Assembly (NCBI GenBank): GCA_040954595.2
Contig: CM082588.2
Location: 8,478,844 to 8,542,843, forward strand
Direction: 5' to 3'
DNA length: 64,000 nt
Source: Balanoglossus misakiensis
Lineage: Eukaryota; Animalia; Hemichordata
Part shown: piece by piece, positions 24,201 through 37,216 of the stretch
Numbering within the stretch: position 1 is the first letter of the stretch
Layout: each line of letters opens with the position of its first letter
Notes under the pieces: generated by a model
The model's database searches: none
Told to the model about the DNA's origin: nothing
What the model saw: the letters and a program-made list of their open reading frames with translations, nothing else
Translations under genes and position numbers: made by a program

Positions 24201-24360
24201 TCTCCCAACTTTAAGATTGTGAACGGCTTGGCCTTATAAGTTTAGTTTCTCTTTTGCAGACTCATGGTCCAGGTTAGCTGTTCCGCCCGGGGGTGTGTGC
24301 GCGCCCGGCGGAACAGCTGCGTTTCCACAGCTAGGTCCAGGTCAAAGAAAGTGTACACTA
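21225..24360. repeat. About 1.55-kb tandem duplication of the G2 upstream regulatory region
   Basis: 21225-22765 and 22776-24360 both match G1 upstream 6820-8350; the junction is near 22770. Confidence 0.8.
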
Positions 24361-26586
24361 CCTGTCGGTTACTTACCTGTCGATTTGCACAGAATCGTGA
24401 TTCGTTTTAATACATCTGTAGGACGTCCACCCTTTGTGATTAAATGTGTCAAAGAGTGTCAGTCACATCAAGTGAACGCGAGAAATGTGATTCACAGGTG
24501 AACATGTACCGTGTTGTTGACTCGTACAGATTGCGGAAAAGAATAGTTACAGCCACAGTAGCGACGCCATTCGTGCCAAGCCCAGTTTGACCAAAACGAG
24601 GCTGGTTGCCAGGTCATTCGTGACAGGGCACATCAGGGGTGACATTAGGCGTTTGAAGCATAGACAGTGTGGGGGGGGGGTGTCTATGTTTGAAGCCTTT
24701 TTTACAACAAGCGACTCGGACATGGAGAGGGGGCAAGGTAGAGCTGGTGGACGTCGACCCTGCGTTTTCCTTATTGTCTCCTATTTGTGAATCTCCAAAT
24801 AAGGAGAGATGATAGAAAATCTATATGCAACTCTGCATGAATTATGATCACTGTTTACGTCTTTTCGTGGGACATTTCATGTGCAGTAGGCCTATAGGGG
24901 CCTAGATCGATTCAATACATGAACTAATTGAATAAATTTAAAACATAACGCTACTAACTGCGCAAAATAGTGGTCGTAACATTTTAATCGCGACCAACGA
25001 TATTTATTTTACTAAAAATCATAAATGATGTTTGTTATACTAAAACAGGCTGTATTGATAAACCTGATACTAAGGATTTCAACATATGGCTTGGGCACTT
25101 TCAACAAGAAGCTGTATTTAATATATGCAAGAAAAAAAATGGGCAAACGTTATAGACCACAGCTAGATGAAATAAAATCTTTGATCATAAAACCACCTTG
25201 CTATTATGTGTTTACCTAAACATTGATTCTGTCGCCCAGTTTTGTTTACAAAATCCCAATCAATTTGACTTCAGGGCAGAACGTTTTCTATTCTGTGCCA
25301 TTAAATTTTACAAATATCATCACATAAGCGCATAATCTTATGACTGTACAAGAAATGGAGTGGTATGAAAATTACATTACATTGTATTTGTTTTCAAATT
25401 TCACCACTGTATGAAAGAAAAGTCAACACATCCCCTGAATATTTACCACTACATATTTTTGTTGTTCTAAATGGACATCTTGAATAACATGGATGTTGAT
25501 ATGCAAATAATTGCTATACAATAAACGTGACAAAAGAAATAAGACAACACACACTGCATCAAGCCCTGAATGAACCAATGACAATCAAGATATTTACTCA
25601 GAAAATCAATCATATAAAACTGTCGACAAAACAGGCAATCAACAAATTGGTACTGTGACACTTTAGTTTACACCACAAGAAAACAGCTGATACATTTTGT
25701 CATGTCTTGGTTCTTGCGTTTTTCTAAAAATGAAAAATTCCTGTGACAAAATGAATTTTTCAGAGTAAAGTATGTACAATGTTTACACAAATGCTTCATT
25801 CTTACAAATACAAAAAAAACAACAGTTGCACGTTCTACAACTGAACCGATACATGAGAAAACTATCTGCATATATTGGCGAAATAAATCCAAAAGTAACG
25901 AATAGTACAAACACAATGACTAATTCAAATTCATCTCCTGTAGAGCAGACACGTGGTTATATGACACACAATCTATATATCCACACACACAATATTTACT
26001 GTGTTATAGGGAAAGCCAAATAACAAATTGTAAATAATATAACGTTTGGAAACATTGAAAGCTAGAATTGCCGGTTTCCAAGACAACTCCATAACGTTGC
26101 TAACAGTCAAAATGAACATTTCAGGAAACATTTCTAAAATAAGACTTTTCACTGCAGAGTATGTAGTTGGTTGAAATGTGATGGAAGCAACCACAAGATC
26201 GTTACAAATAATTCTTAAAACACACGGTAACGATACATCCCTCGATTGTTGATTCAAAATGATGTATGCTCACAAATTTGACTGACCAAGCCACTTTCCC
26301 CAGCTATACTCAAAGCCATACATGAACGTGTACATTATCAGAACTTACAACCTTTGAAGGGTGCTTTTTGGTCGATTGGAACATTCAAAAATCGTGACAA
26401 ACATATTATTACTATGGACAAAAAATATTAGGCAAAATTACTGAAATAACATTAATTTTGCAGGAGACCTGTGGTTGGTTAACATGCTTGAGGCTCCCAA
26501 GAAATCGTTGTTTTTTGATATCCCCAAATGATTTATTTCGTCACATTCTAATTAGTAATTTTCTTTACTGCTGATTAAAAGTTAAA

Positions 26587-27792
26587 TTATTTCTTTTTCT
26601 GTTCAGATAACCTTGCTTTGTACTCCTGTGCATGCTTGCCCCAGGAATACTCCTGACCACAGGCTTCTGTTATGTTTAGGTATTTCAGTGCATTGGCAGA
26701 GTCGCCTTGTGCTTGGTAAATTTTGGCAAGACCACAACATGCCCATAGTATGTTATATGGGTCAGAGAGGGTGCTGATCAGATGGGTACATATTTCACAT
26801 GCATCACTGTACTGTTTCAAGTATGTGAGGGCACTGGCCTTCAAGACAGAAGCAGCGGGATACAAACCACCTGCATATGCAACTGCTTTGTCGTAACACT
26901 CTATGGCTTCTAGCAGGCACTGACGATTGCTTTCTATCGGATTGTGTCGGTATTTGGCCACGTATATGACTCCTAGTTCACATGCGAATAATGAAGTGTC
27001 TGGATCTTGTGCCGCAGCATTGTGAATAACTCGCTGTGCTTTTTCGAAGTCTCCAACATTGCTGTGGCAGTAATAAAGACGTGCAGAATCCACCGTGAAA
27101 TTGGATAAAGGGCTTAATTCGAGTGCTTTCTGAATGAGTTGACCTGCTTCTTCATAGCGACCTTGAGCGACTGACAGCTTACTTAAAAGTGCCAAAGCAT
27201 AGCTGTGAAGGGCATTTTTCTTAAGAACTCTCTCAAGCAAATTTCTTTCTTGTGCCATTATTTGTAAGGCTTCCTTACATTTTGAATTTCCATAGACACG
27301 AGAATGTTTTCGTGAAAGAGAGAATGCTTGCCAAAGCAGCCAATCTGTTTGTTCTGGAAGTTCTACTAAAGCACGATCAAAGCTATCAATTCCCCCATCA
27401 AACGTTTTTTTGTCAAAATAAGTCAGAGAGACACCATTGTGAGCATATACATACGCTTTCTGTTTCCCTGACAATTTATCAAGTGACAAAGTTGCTATCA
27501 ACTTCAGTGTTTCATCAACTCTGTCCATCTCACCCGACATGAAATGAACCCATGCTTTATCTGCAAGAAGAACCAACTTATCACCAAGTGGACCATCGTC
27601 GTCATCACCATCACAGCTGTCAAGTTCTTTCTGATTATCGGTGAGGGCGTCATCAAACCACTTTAAAGCGGCGCTTGGATCTCTCTTGTCTTCTGATCTC
27701 AGTTTGGACACGTACAGGTAACCTTTCATAGCTTTAAGGGGAACTGGAGAGAACTCCTGGTTGTGATGTTTAAGGTTGTTGTCCAATTTACA
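26587..27792 (-). CDS. G3 terminal exon: IFIT-like TPRs
   Basis: Intact 402-codon exon; the upstream exon encodes ILQRFPCHFNWKL. Confidence 0.8.
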   Translation of the reverse strand, partial: CKLDNNLKHHNQEFSPVPLKAMKGYLYVSKLRSEDKRDPSAALKWFDDALTDNQKELDSCDGDDDDGPLGDKLVLLADKAWVHFMSGEMDRVDETLKLIATLSLDKLSGKQKAYVYAHNGVSLTYFDKKTFDGGIDSFDRALVELPEQTDWLLWQAFSLSRKHSRVYGNSKCKEALQIMAQERNLLERVLKKNALHSYALALLSKLSVAQGRYEEAGQLIQKALELSPLSNFTVDSARLYYCHSNVGDFEKAQRVIHNAAAQDPDTSLFACELGVIYVAKYRHNPIESNRQCLLEAIECYDKAVAYAGGLYPAASVLKASALTYLKQYSDACEICTHLISTLSDPYNILWACCGLAKIYQAQGDSANALKYLNITEACGQEYSWGKHAQEYKARLSEQKKK

Positions 27793-29769
27793 CTGTAAGA
27801 ACTACAGTACATAGAAAGGCATATGTTACAGTGTCATGTGAAAACACAGGAGCTTGTACAGATGCTTTGTTGATATTTTATTGATTGTAACTAAGGTAGC
27901 TAAAACGATAAGATCTCCCGATTTCACGTCATTGGAGCGCTCACGCTATGTTCGGGCCTATACCCCACTGACACATAAACACATAAAGAAATCTCCTTAT
28001 GTGTCAGTGGGTTATAGGCTCGAACTTGTCATATGACGCGAAATCGGGAGATTGTCTAAGCTACTGAGTTATCATTTATAGCCACCTTCCAATTAATAAA
28101 ATACCTGTATGTGAAAACATCAGACGCATGATTGGAATGAAATAAGAAGATGTGATTGATGAAGAAAACTCTAATGATTGACAAATTTTTAAATATTACA
28201 CTTTAAATGATGCAAAAAGTGGATATTCAGCATGTTGCTTTTTAGGGTTTCGAGACCAGAGGGGTCTCGAAACCCTCTTGAAATCGTGTTGTTTTTACGG
28301 GCCCAAGCCAAGCCAGGCTTGGGCCCGTATTGGTTTCGTTGGGGTTTTTCTTTCTTTCTTTATTCTTGGTTCATTTCTTTCGCGCTCTAGATCTCAGAAA
28401 CCGCTGCAGGTACAGTTCTCAAACTTGCTACAGTGGTCAAGGTCAATGAGTAGATGTGCAGTGACTTGTGAATACTTAATTAGTCACGTGACATGGCGGC
28501 CATATTGGATTTTCTGAAAAAATGCAAATCTCAGATCTCAGAAACTACAAGTCAGATCAACTTCAGATTTGTTGTGCTGGTAGTATACCCTCTGCCCATC
28601 ATTTTTGTAATTGGATATTTTGCTGTCAATGTTGCAGTTTTTTTGCTACAGTTGTTTTTCTGAAATCTGGTCAAAATTTCAAAAATCTTCTTCTCCAGAA
28701 CCGGCGATAACCGAGTCACGCCGTTTGGGGTATGTGGTCACCTAACTGATGTCTATCAAGTTTGCGAAGATCATTGTGATTGGTCGAAGATTATGGCGGC
28801 CATATTGGATTTTCGAAAAACCGTAGTAAAACTTCAAAAATCTTCTTCTCCAGAACGGGCGATGACTGAGTCACAAGATTTGGTGTGTGTGGTCATTAAA
28901 CAGATGTCTATCAAGTTTGCGAAGGGGAATGTGATTGGTCGAAGATTATGGCGGCCATATTGGATTTTGTGAAAAACGATTAAAAAGTAAAAATTCCTTT
29001 TCTAGCCTAAACATTGATAGCACAGAAATTATTTTTATGGATATGAATCATCATATGACTACAATGTGCTATAAATATTTTGGTAATTTTGGCAATGACC
29101 TTTGACCTACTTTTGACGCATCATTTTTCTGCATATCTTATTCCAGGCTAACCAATCGGGCTATAAGTTTGGTTTTTGATTTATGTGGATTAGTGTGTGA
29201 TCAAAATATTTTGCTACTTTTCACGACCCCTTTGACCCCTGCTGACCTCATTAATTATGTGCATAGCTAATTACAGGCGAACCAATAGACCTAGAGGTTT
29301 TGTTTTTGTTGGACAGGACCAGTATGGGGTCAAATGTTTTTACCCAGATGTTGGGTGACCTCTGGTGACCTTTGACATACTTTCGCAAATCTCAGCATCC
29401 ACAGCAGATACAGCCTTGGCGTTTGGAGGTATGGGGCCATAATGAAAAGCCAAAGTTTTGGGTCACCTGTGACACCTGCTTAACTCATTATTTATGTGCA
29501 TACCTAATTCCGGGCTAACCAAAAGGGCTAGAGGTCTGGTTTTTGTTGGACATGGACCACTATGGGTCAAAATTTTCTGCCCAAATTGTGGGTGACCTCT
29601 GGGTGACCTTTGACCTACTTAACACTATATCAGCACTAAACATAGATATAATATTGATATTTCATGGGATAAAACATAACATTATGTTTCTACTCATTAA
29701 TTATGTGCAGATCTAATAATCAGATCAGATAATTGAGCTTGGGCCCGGACAATGCTGCTTGCAGCTTTA

Positions 29770-29800
<31 letters not shown>

Positions 29801-32800
29801 CTTCTTCCCACTTTTAAAAACAGCCGCTATTCGAAGACCGTTGCACCCAATGACTTGAAATTTGGCTCATAGGTAAAACTCAAAGCAAGTAATTTTTTGA
29901 TCATGTCACTATGGCAACAGGTCACATGACCTGGCAGCCATCTTGGATTTAAACTTTTAAATTGGTCTAATTTGCATAAAAAATGAAGAATCCAAATTCT
30001 GTTCAGAAACTTTGTGGACCATATGGCCAGGGTCCTATATGCCAAATTTCAATGTCTAAGTCCTTGCCGATTTTGAGGAGATGATTTTTAAAGCATTATT
30101 TTTCATATTTTCCATGACCATTGGACCCAGCCATTGGCCTATACTTTCCATGGTTAAGCAATGGCCCCCTAGGATTTTAGATTTATGCCCAATATCTCAA
30201 CATCTGCTGGGCTGATCAGCTTCAAATTTTGTGTGCAGCTAGCCTACCTTCCGACAATCAGTTCCAACTGGAAAAAATAATATGGAAAATTGACCGATTT
30301 TTTTATATTAATTTTTTTATGAAATCTATACCTATACTTATTCCACTATACTTAAGCTATGGCCACATAGTTTTGTAGAATTCTGGTCGGTGCAATAGTC
30401 TGCAGCATTGGACCAAAATAAGAAGCCAAATTTAAGGCTCACCTGTGACACCTGCTCAACTCATTAATTATGTGCATACCTAATTCCAGTCAAACCAACA
30501 GGGCTACAGGTCTGATTTTTGTCGGACATGGACCAGTATGGGGTCAAATTTTTTCCCCGGAATTTTGGGTGACCTTGGGTGACCTTTGACCTACTTTCGC
30601 ATATCTCAGCATCCAGAGCAGGTACAGCTCAGGTGTTTGGGTGGTTGGGACCAAAATAAGAAGCCAAATTTAAGGCTCACCTGTGACACCTGCTCAACTC
30701 ATTAATTATGTGCATACCTAATTCCAGGCAAACCAATAGGGCTACAGGTCTGGTTTTTGTCGGACATGGACCAGTATGGGGTCAAATTTTTCCCAAGAAT
30801 TTTGGGTGACCTTGGGTGACCTTTGACCTACTTTCGCATATCTCAGCATCCAGAGCAGGTACAGCTCAGGTGTTTGGGTGGATGGGACCAAAATAAGAAG
30901 CCAAATTTAAGGCTCACCTGTGACACCTGCTCAACTCATTAACTATGTGCATACCTAATTCCAGGCAAACCAATAGGGCTACAGGTCTGGTTTTTGTCGG
31001 ACATGGACCAGTATGGGGTCAAATTTTTTCCCAGAATTTTGGGTGACCTTGGGTGACCTTTGACCTACTTTCGCATATCTCAGCATCCAGAGCAGGTACA
31101 GCTCAGGTGTTTGGGTGGATGGGACCAAAATAAGAAGCCAAATTTAAGGCTCACCTGTGACACCTGCTCAACTCATTAACTATGTGCATACCTAATTCCA
31201 GGCAAACCAATAGGGCTACAGGTCTGGTTTTTGTCGGACATGGACCAGTTTGGGGTCAAATTTTTTCCCCAAATTTTGGGTGACCTTGGGTGACCTTTGA
31301 CCTACTTTTGCATACCTCAGCATCCAGAGCAGGTACAGCTTAGGTGTTTGGGTGGATGGGACCAAAATAAGAAGCCAAATTTAAGGCTCACCTGTGACAC
31401 CTGCTTAACTCATTAACTATGTGCATACCTAATTCCAGGCAAACCAATAGGGCTACAGGTCTGGTTTTTGTCGGACATGGACCAGTATGGGGACAATTTT
31501 TTTCCCCAAACTTTGGATGTCCTTGGGTGACCTTTGACCTACTTTCACATATCTCGGCATCCAGAGCAGGTACAGCTTAGGTGTTTGGGTGGACGGGACC
31601 AAAATAAGAAGCCAAATTTTAGAGTCACTTGTGACACCTGCTTAACTCATTAATTATGTGCATACCTAATTCCAGGCAAACCAGTAGGGCTACAGGTCTG
31701 GTTTTTGTTTGACATGGACCAGTATAGCGTAAACATTTTCTGCTCATATTAAGCGTGACCTCACGTGACCTATGACCTACTTTTCCACATCTCAGCATCC
31801 ACAGCACATACACCCTTGGCATTTGGAGTGATAGAACAACTAATGCAGTAATTAAATATGCACAAATCTATCTCCAGGCGAACCAATAGGGCTAGTAGTG
31901 TCTCGAAACCCGCTTATTGCTGTTCACAGCTATATTTATATTTCAATTTGTGTCATTATTAACATCTGAGAGAAATACACATTTCCTAGGTTTTCGTGAC
32001 ATTTCAACAAGTCAGATACAGCTGTTATGAAACGCTTTAAAATTTCACAAACCTGTACTTCAAATGCCAACAAATGTCCTCACCTCAAAACTGTTGTCAC
32101 AAAATTCTTCGAGTTTCCAGTTAAAGTGGCAGGGAAATCTTTGCAGTATTTCTTCATAGGAATTTGCTGTATGCTTCAATTCCGTTATGTGTGTAACTGA
32201 AAATTCTATTCAATATAGTAAAAACAAAGTTTGAGTGATAAACTGATTTCATGATTTTAATTTTAAATTGAAATTGGTCTATTGAAATGAGCTTTTTTTA
32301 TTGTGGTATCAACATTTTGGGAGAGAGTTGAGTTTGTATCAACCCGTGAATGCAATATATAAGTCAGCGCAACAACGTAAATTGTCTACCAAAAGAAAAT
32401 AAACAACCAAAATATCCGGCATCAATATTGAGCGTTTTCGTTCCTTCGGTTTATCGAAGTGACATTATTTTGGTAAAATCAAGTGAAATTGACGTACACT
32501 AAGAATTTAGTTTTAAAATAAATATGCCGGACCATGTTAAGTATAATCATTTTGCATGGAAGGTCAATTACAGGAAAAGGGGAAAAAACAAAGTGAAAAG
32601 GAAAGGTTTTTAGACCGAACTCTAAAATTCGCCTTTGTTCCTGGACACATGACTGTAATTGAAAATAAATTCGGCCTATAATTGAATTTGTTGGGAGCAC
32701 ATTTTATTTATTTGGAGCAGATGATACAACGGATGGATAGATATGTTACAGATAACTGCATTACCTTCGATGTTCTTGTCTACAGGTGGCGCAGTTACAG

Positions 32801-35800
32801 TTTTCGTTTGCTGAAGTTCATCGATAGTCTGACGTAACTGTCGGATGCTGTCCTTTAGTTTGATGTTTTCATCCACGGTCGTACGTAACTCTTGATTTTC
32901 CTCTTTCACTTTGATATTTATCATGGTTAGCTTAGAACTTTGGTTTTCACTGCTCTTCAGCATTTCCTTCAGACGCTGACATGTCTGCTCACTTTCTTCA
33001 CTTTTCCCTTTAAGGATAGTATATTCCGTCTTCCTGGATTGTAGTAGTTCTCGAATCTCCTTGTTTTCGTTAAAAAGCGAGGTGATGACAGAGAGATAGT
33101 TGTCTGTCGAGATTGGTTCCAAGACACGAGCAGCTCCTTCTTTTGAAAAAGATTCCGCCAGAATCTTGTCCGATTCTTTGGTGCCAGTGTTCAAGATGTT
33201 GACGCCATTTTGATTGACCAATCTCTTCATTTCTGATGAGAATGTGATTCAACATTGTTATCAAAATGTTATTTATTCTCGACATGCAAATCAATGGGAG
33301 AATAGTGCAAACCTGTCTCTAAGATCATAATTCCACACGCAAGCAGATTACCCCAAACAATCCATCTAGAACAATTATCAGCAGTAAGCTTACTTAATTT
33401 AAAACTATTATGTTGGCAATTTGTGGGCCTATTTCAGTGAGTAAAATGTCGTAGATCATTTTTTGAACGAAAGGTGAACATTCTAAATGTAGCTATCAAC
33501 TACATGTATGTAGTGAACACGACTTTATTAGAGCTCTGCAAATGCATAGGTAATCAAGGAGTCCATGAGTCTTCATCGTCAACATGTGTGTTCATTTGTC
33601 CAATACAATATTGTTTGGCCAAATTCCCTGCACTACGAGTTTTATGTTGACTTTAAAGGAATGTTTGTGAACACTGACCTTCTCTATCAAATCTGGATGT
33701 CTCTCCTTCTGGTAAGGTGATCGAAGACAACTGTTGACTATCCAAAATCAAACACCGTCTGATTCCAAGGACACCAAGAACTTCTGGCCGTTCATCCAAC
33801 AACGAAGACAGCTGTAGAGGGCGCTGTATTTTTATCAACAGTACGATTGGTGTCTGTGTGTCTCCCACATCAACATCTATCTCAGCTTCCAAAGTGCCGG
33901 AACCACCAAGTAGTTTTGATAAACCGATTCTGTTTTGGCGTGTGGCATAGACAGACCTGTCAGTCTCCACGGCAACAACTGCGCTCTTGTCATCTACATT
34001 CACAAACGACCCAGAGAAAGGCTCAATAAATGATATGCATTCTGAGTTCATAAAAGAGTATTTTTCAACAGTATTTTTTCTTCTGGTTGAATTCTTAAGT
34101 GCTAATGAAAAAATCTTTTAACTCATAGACCGTACGTCAGTTAGAAACAAAAGCAGTCATAGAAACACTCAACTTGAAAAATAAGTCTTGCCAAATGCTG
34201 TCATCTATAAATAGCAATTACCTTGTTTAGTCAAAATCTTTCCAGGTTCTGTACACTTTTCTCCACACAAACCACAGACCTCAGAAGATTTCACTTCCGG
34301 TACATAGCCTATAATGATTAAAGTTACGAATTCGTCATGACATATATCGTTGATATCAATTTGCAATTTTAACATTTATCCATACCGTGGGCGTACAAGT
34401 GAAATAGTTTGACAAGGTGTCAGTTAGTGCAATTGCATTCACGTGAAATTCACATGAAATCACTTTGAAATGGGTATGAATACAAGAACTTGAAAGTACA
34501 CGTATTCTGTAAAAAACACAACACAGACACGAGTCTGGAATTGAAAATAACAAAATGTTTCAGGTAAACTCCTTTAATTCAAACAAATACACAACGTTTG
34601 GCAACATTAACTAAATTCTTAAACTATTAGACTTGCCTTCCTTGATGTACTTCAATTCTGCCAGACATCGTTGATATCTCCATGTCTCTATGGTTGTCTT
34701 CAGATTAACGTCAGATACATTGAGTTTGTGGAGCAATTCGGGTGTGATCATGTCTGCCTTAAACAGATCTCCCAGGATCCCTTGCCTGTAGTCACGCCAT
34801 AGTCTCTCCACTGACTTTGATGTCTGGCAAGTCAATACAACATGCAGACTGCCCCGCTTGATTTCTTCAATTTGTATGTTTCCAACACTGTTGAGATGGT
34901 CTTTGACTTTTGGTAAGTCGTTTTCAGAGTTGCTGTTGTTGACTATCTCATTTTCGATGTGTTCAACCTGGTCTGGAGTCAAGGTTGGGCCGGATACCTC
35001 CAGGCTAATCTCGATTTTACCTAAAATAACATCACTATATTAGATTGAATGTTTCGGTCTCTTTTCCAAAGTTACTAATTCAGAGTTACTTTTTCGAAAT
35101 GAAGGTACACAATATGCACAACGTCTGTTTATACAGCTTTAAAACTTCAATTATATCAACTTTAATAACCCCTATCTATTTCATCTTCTGAAACAATAAT
35201 CTCCATCCCCATGATAGTCAGGAATGCGAAGGTCTTCAGTTATAGAGGGGAACTATTTGATTTCTTGGAAGGGAGTGGAGTATGTCACCAGGTTTTTCAG
35301 TCACTGTAGGCCTACAGCAGTTTTTTTGATTGTCTGTCTAACTTTTACTTCAAGGCAAGCCAGAAGCAAGTACATTTCCTCATCATCATCTACCAACAAT
35401 TCTTCCTCCAAAAAAACCTATCGTACCCTAGAAATCAAATGGTTCTCCCCTTATTTGATTAGTTGAAATGGCAGTCAATTATGCAACAGGATCTAGCCTA
35501 CCCAGCTTAGATTTGAAAGTGTTTTCATGCGTTTGTCCAGCACCAGGATTTTGTTGGCCACCTTCACCAGTTTTATTCAAATCACCACTTTCTGGTCTAT
35601 TGTTACTGGGGAGATCTTCAACCTGATTTTCTTTTTCGCTTCTACCGGAATTGGAGACTCGTTGTCCTTGGTCACGAACTGTTTCCTCTTCCCCTAGGGA
35701 CAGGTGTGAAAAACTCAATTTACTATCACATTCACACTAATTGCACAAATGCTTCACATTTAAATTGATTCTGGTAAAACATTCAATTGCTTTTGTGTAT

Positions 35801-37216
35801 TAAAATGCATTTTATGCACCGGTAAATCACTGAGCGGCAAACATGTGGCTGTATAATATGTTAATATATTGTCATATTGTCATACCTGTGTGTTGTCCAA
35901 AGCAACATATACAGTGCGTGCAACATTCTCTCTATCTATCGCTATTTACCTTTGGAAGGCTCTTCTGCAGGGTCATCGCATTCTGTAGGGCAAAATACAC
36001 ATTCCAACAGCTTGGTGTGATGGTCAGCAATAACACCACTCTCAGCGGATATTTGTAGTGCCGTCTTCAGTTCTTGTGCCGCATTCTTTGCACGGCCATA
36101 TTCACTTAGGATATCCATGATAGCGCATACCCACTTTTCTTTTCCGCTGTCAAGACTTTCGCTCGGTCCCACGTCACAAGTTTGTACACCAATGGAGGGG
36201 AAGTGTTCCTTTAGGAATGTTGCCAGACCTGATTGCTCTGGATGTATTGTAGGCACACCAGCAGTGCAGGATAGAAGACCGAATACGCCAAATGGGTCGC
36301 CTTTAGTTGTGCAATTTATCACGATGTCACACTGCTTCAAATCGTTCTTTAACTGGCTTATCGATGCGTTGTTGGGATACATGTGGATATTTAATCGATC
36401 GGACATTGTCATCCTCTCTAGCCTCTGTTGACATTCCTCACACGGTTCAGAGGATACATATCCTCTTAACTTCCACTTGATTTGCGTAGAGAAATACTTG
36501 TATATGTCAGCAACTTTCCCGATGCCACGCGCTACTGCTTCAAATTCTTCCAGGTCACGCAGCCCTGTTACGGTATGTACAGATAGGACATTGATGGTTT
36601 TACGTAAACCGGTTTTATTCACGGAAAGATCGCCGACGTCTTCCTTCATGCAGGGAATGTATGCAACGTGCTCCACTTGTGAGTTTAGCAAAGGTTCAAT
36701 CTTCACTTCAAACTCCTCATATACTGATGGTCCAACGGAGAGACTAACAGAGCACTTTTTTGCATATTCCAGCATTTCATCATCTTTGGCAGCCAAGTCT
36801 GAAGGATCTAGATTCATGTTTTCGGGTGTGTCAGAATAAACAGGAACAAAACTCGCAGTTGGAAAAACCTCTGCTTGAATACTCTTTGCTGTACCTGCAG
36901 TTCCATCCTTACAAGCAGTACCGTATATGGTCGTAATTGGGTGATATTTCTTTAACTGTTGAAAATAGTGTTCGTGTAAAATTAACCAATCACTTGTCGG
37001 CTTCCCCTCTTTGGTTGGGAGAATCAGCTCTACTCTATGACACCTTGCTTCTTCAACTTCTTTGTCAGAAGCCTGTAACGCCATGAAGTAAACCTGGTTG
37101 TTTCCATCAGCAAGATCGATGGCCAATTGTCTCTCAGTAAGACACGTTGCAATATTGCGACTTCTCGGCCACCACTCCTCTCCGACAACCAACATACGGT
37201 TCATCATCTGTGCCAT
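26587..37216 (-). CDS. G3: GT4-like / TRADD-N-like / CxxC / X / coiled coil / IFIT-like TPR protein (about 1346 aa)
   Basis: Exons 37216-35950, 35693-35502, 35020-34637 (GC donor), 34308-34222, 33993-33679, 33232-32765, 32205-32084, 27792-26587 (stop). The sum is 4041 nt and the frame is continuous. Confidence 0.85.
28242..31936. mobile_element. Helentron/DINE-like element containing a nested second element (about 28295-29770)
   Basis: The empty site in G2 is gttgctttttatatttcaa (about 13050). Outer element: hairpin agggtttcgagacc...ggtctcgaaaccct and subterminal gtctcgaaaccc near 31900. Inner element: hairpin gggcccaagcc...ggcttgggccc and subterminal gcttgggccc near 29737, related to 1959-3123. 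Both sit in T runs without a TSD. Confidence 0.75.
30410..31800. repeat. Tandem array of about six ~237-bp units inside the element
   Basis: ggaccaaaataagaagccaaattt recurs at about 30411, 30648, 30886, 31122, 31359 and 31596. Confidence 0.9.
32765..33232 (-). CDS. G3 exon: coiled coil (156 codons)
   Basis: Paralogous exon with conserved splice sites. Confidence 0.8.
33679..33993 (-). CDS. G3 exon: domain X
   Basis: 315-nt paralogous exon. Confidence 0.8.
34637..35020 (-). CDS. G3 exon: TRADD-N-like domain
   Basis: Near-identical to 3499-3882. Confidence 0.65.
35950..37216 (-). CDS. G3 exon: GT4-like domain
   Basis: Near-identical to the G1 GT exon; same 1267-nt length. Confidence 0.75.

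Noticed and set aside
30410-31800. Regular repeats resembling a CRISPR array
   Set aside because: The whole 237-bp unit repeats with no unique spacers, the context is eukaryotic, and there are no cas genes.
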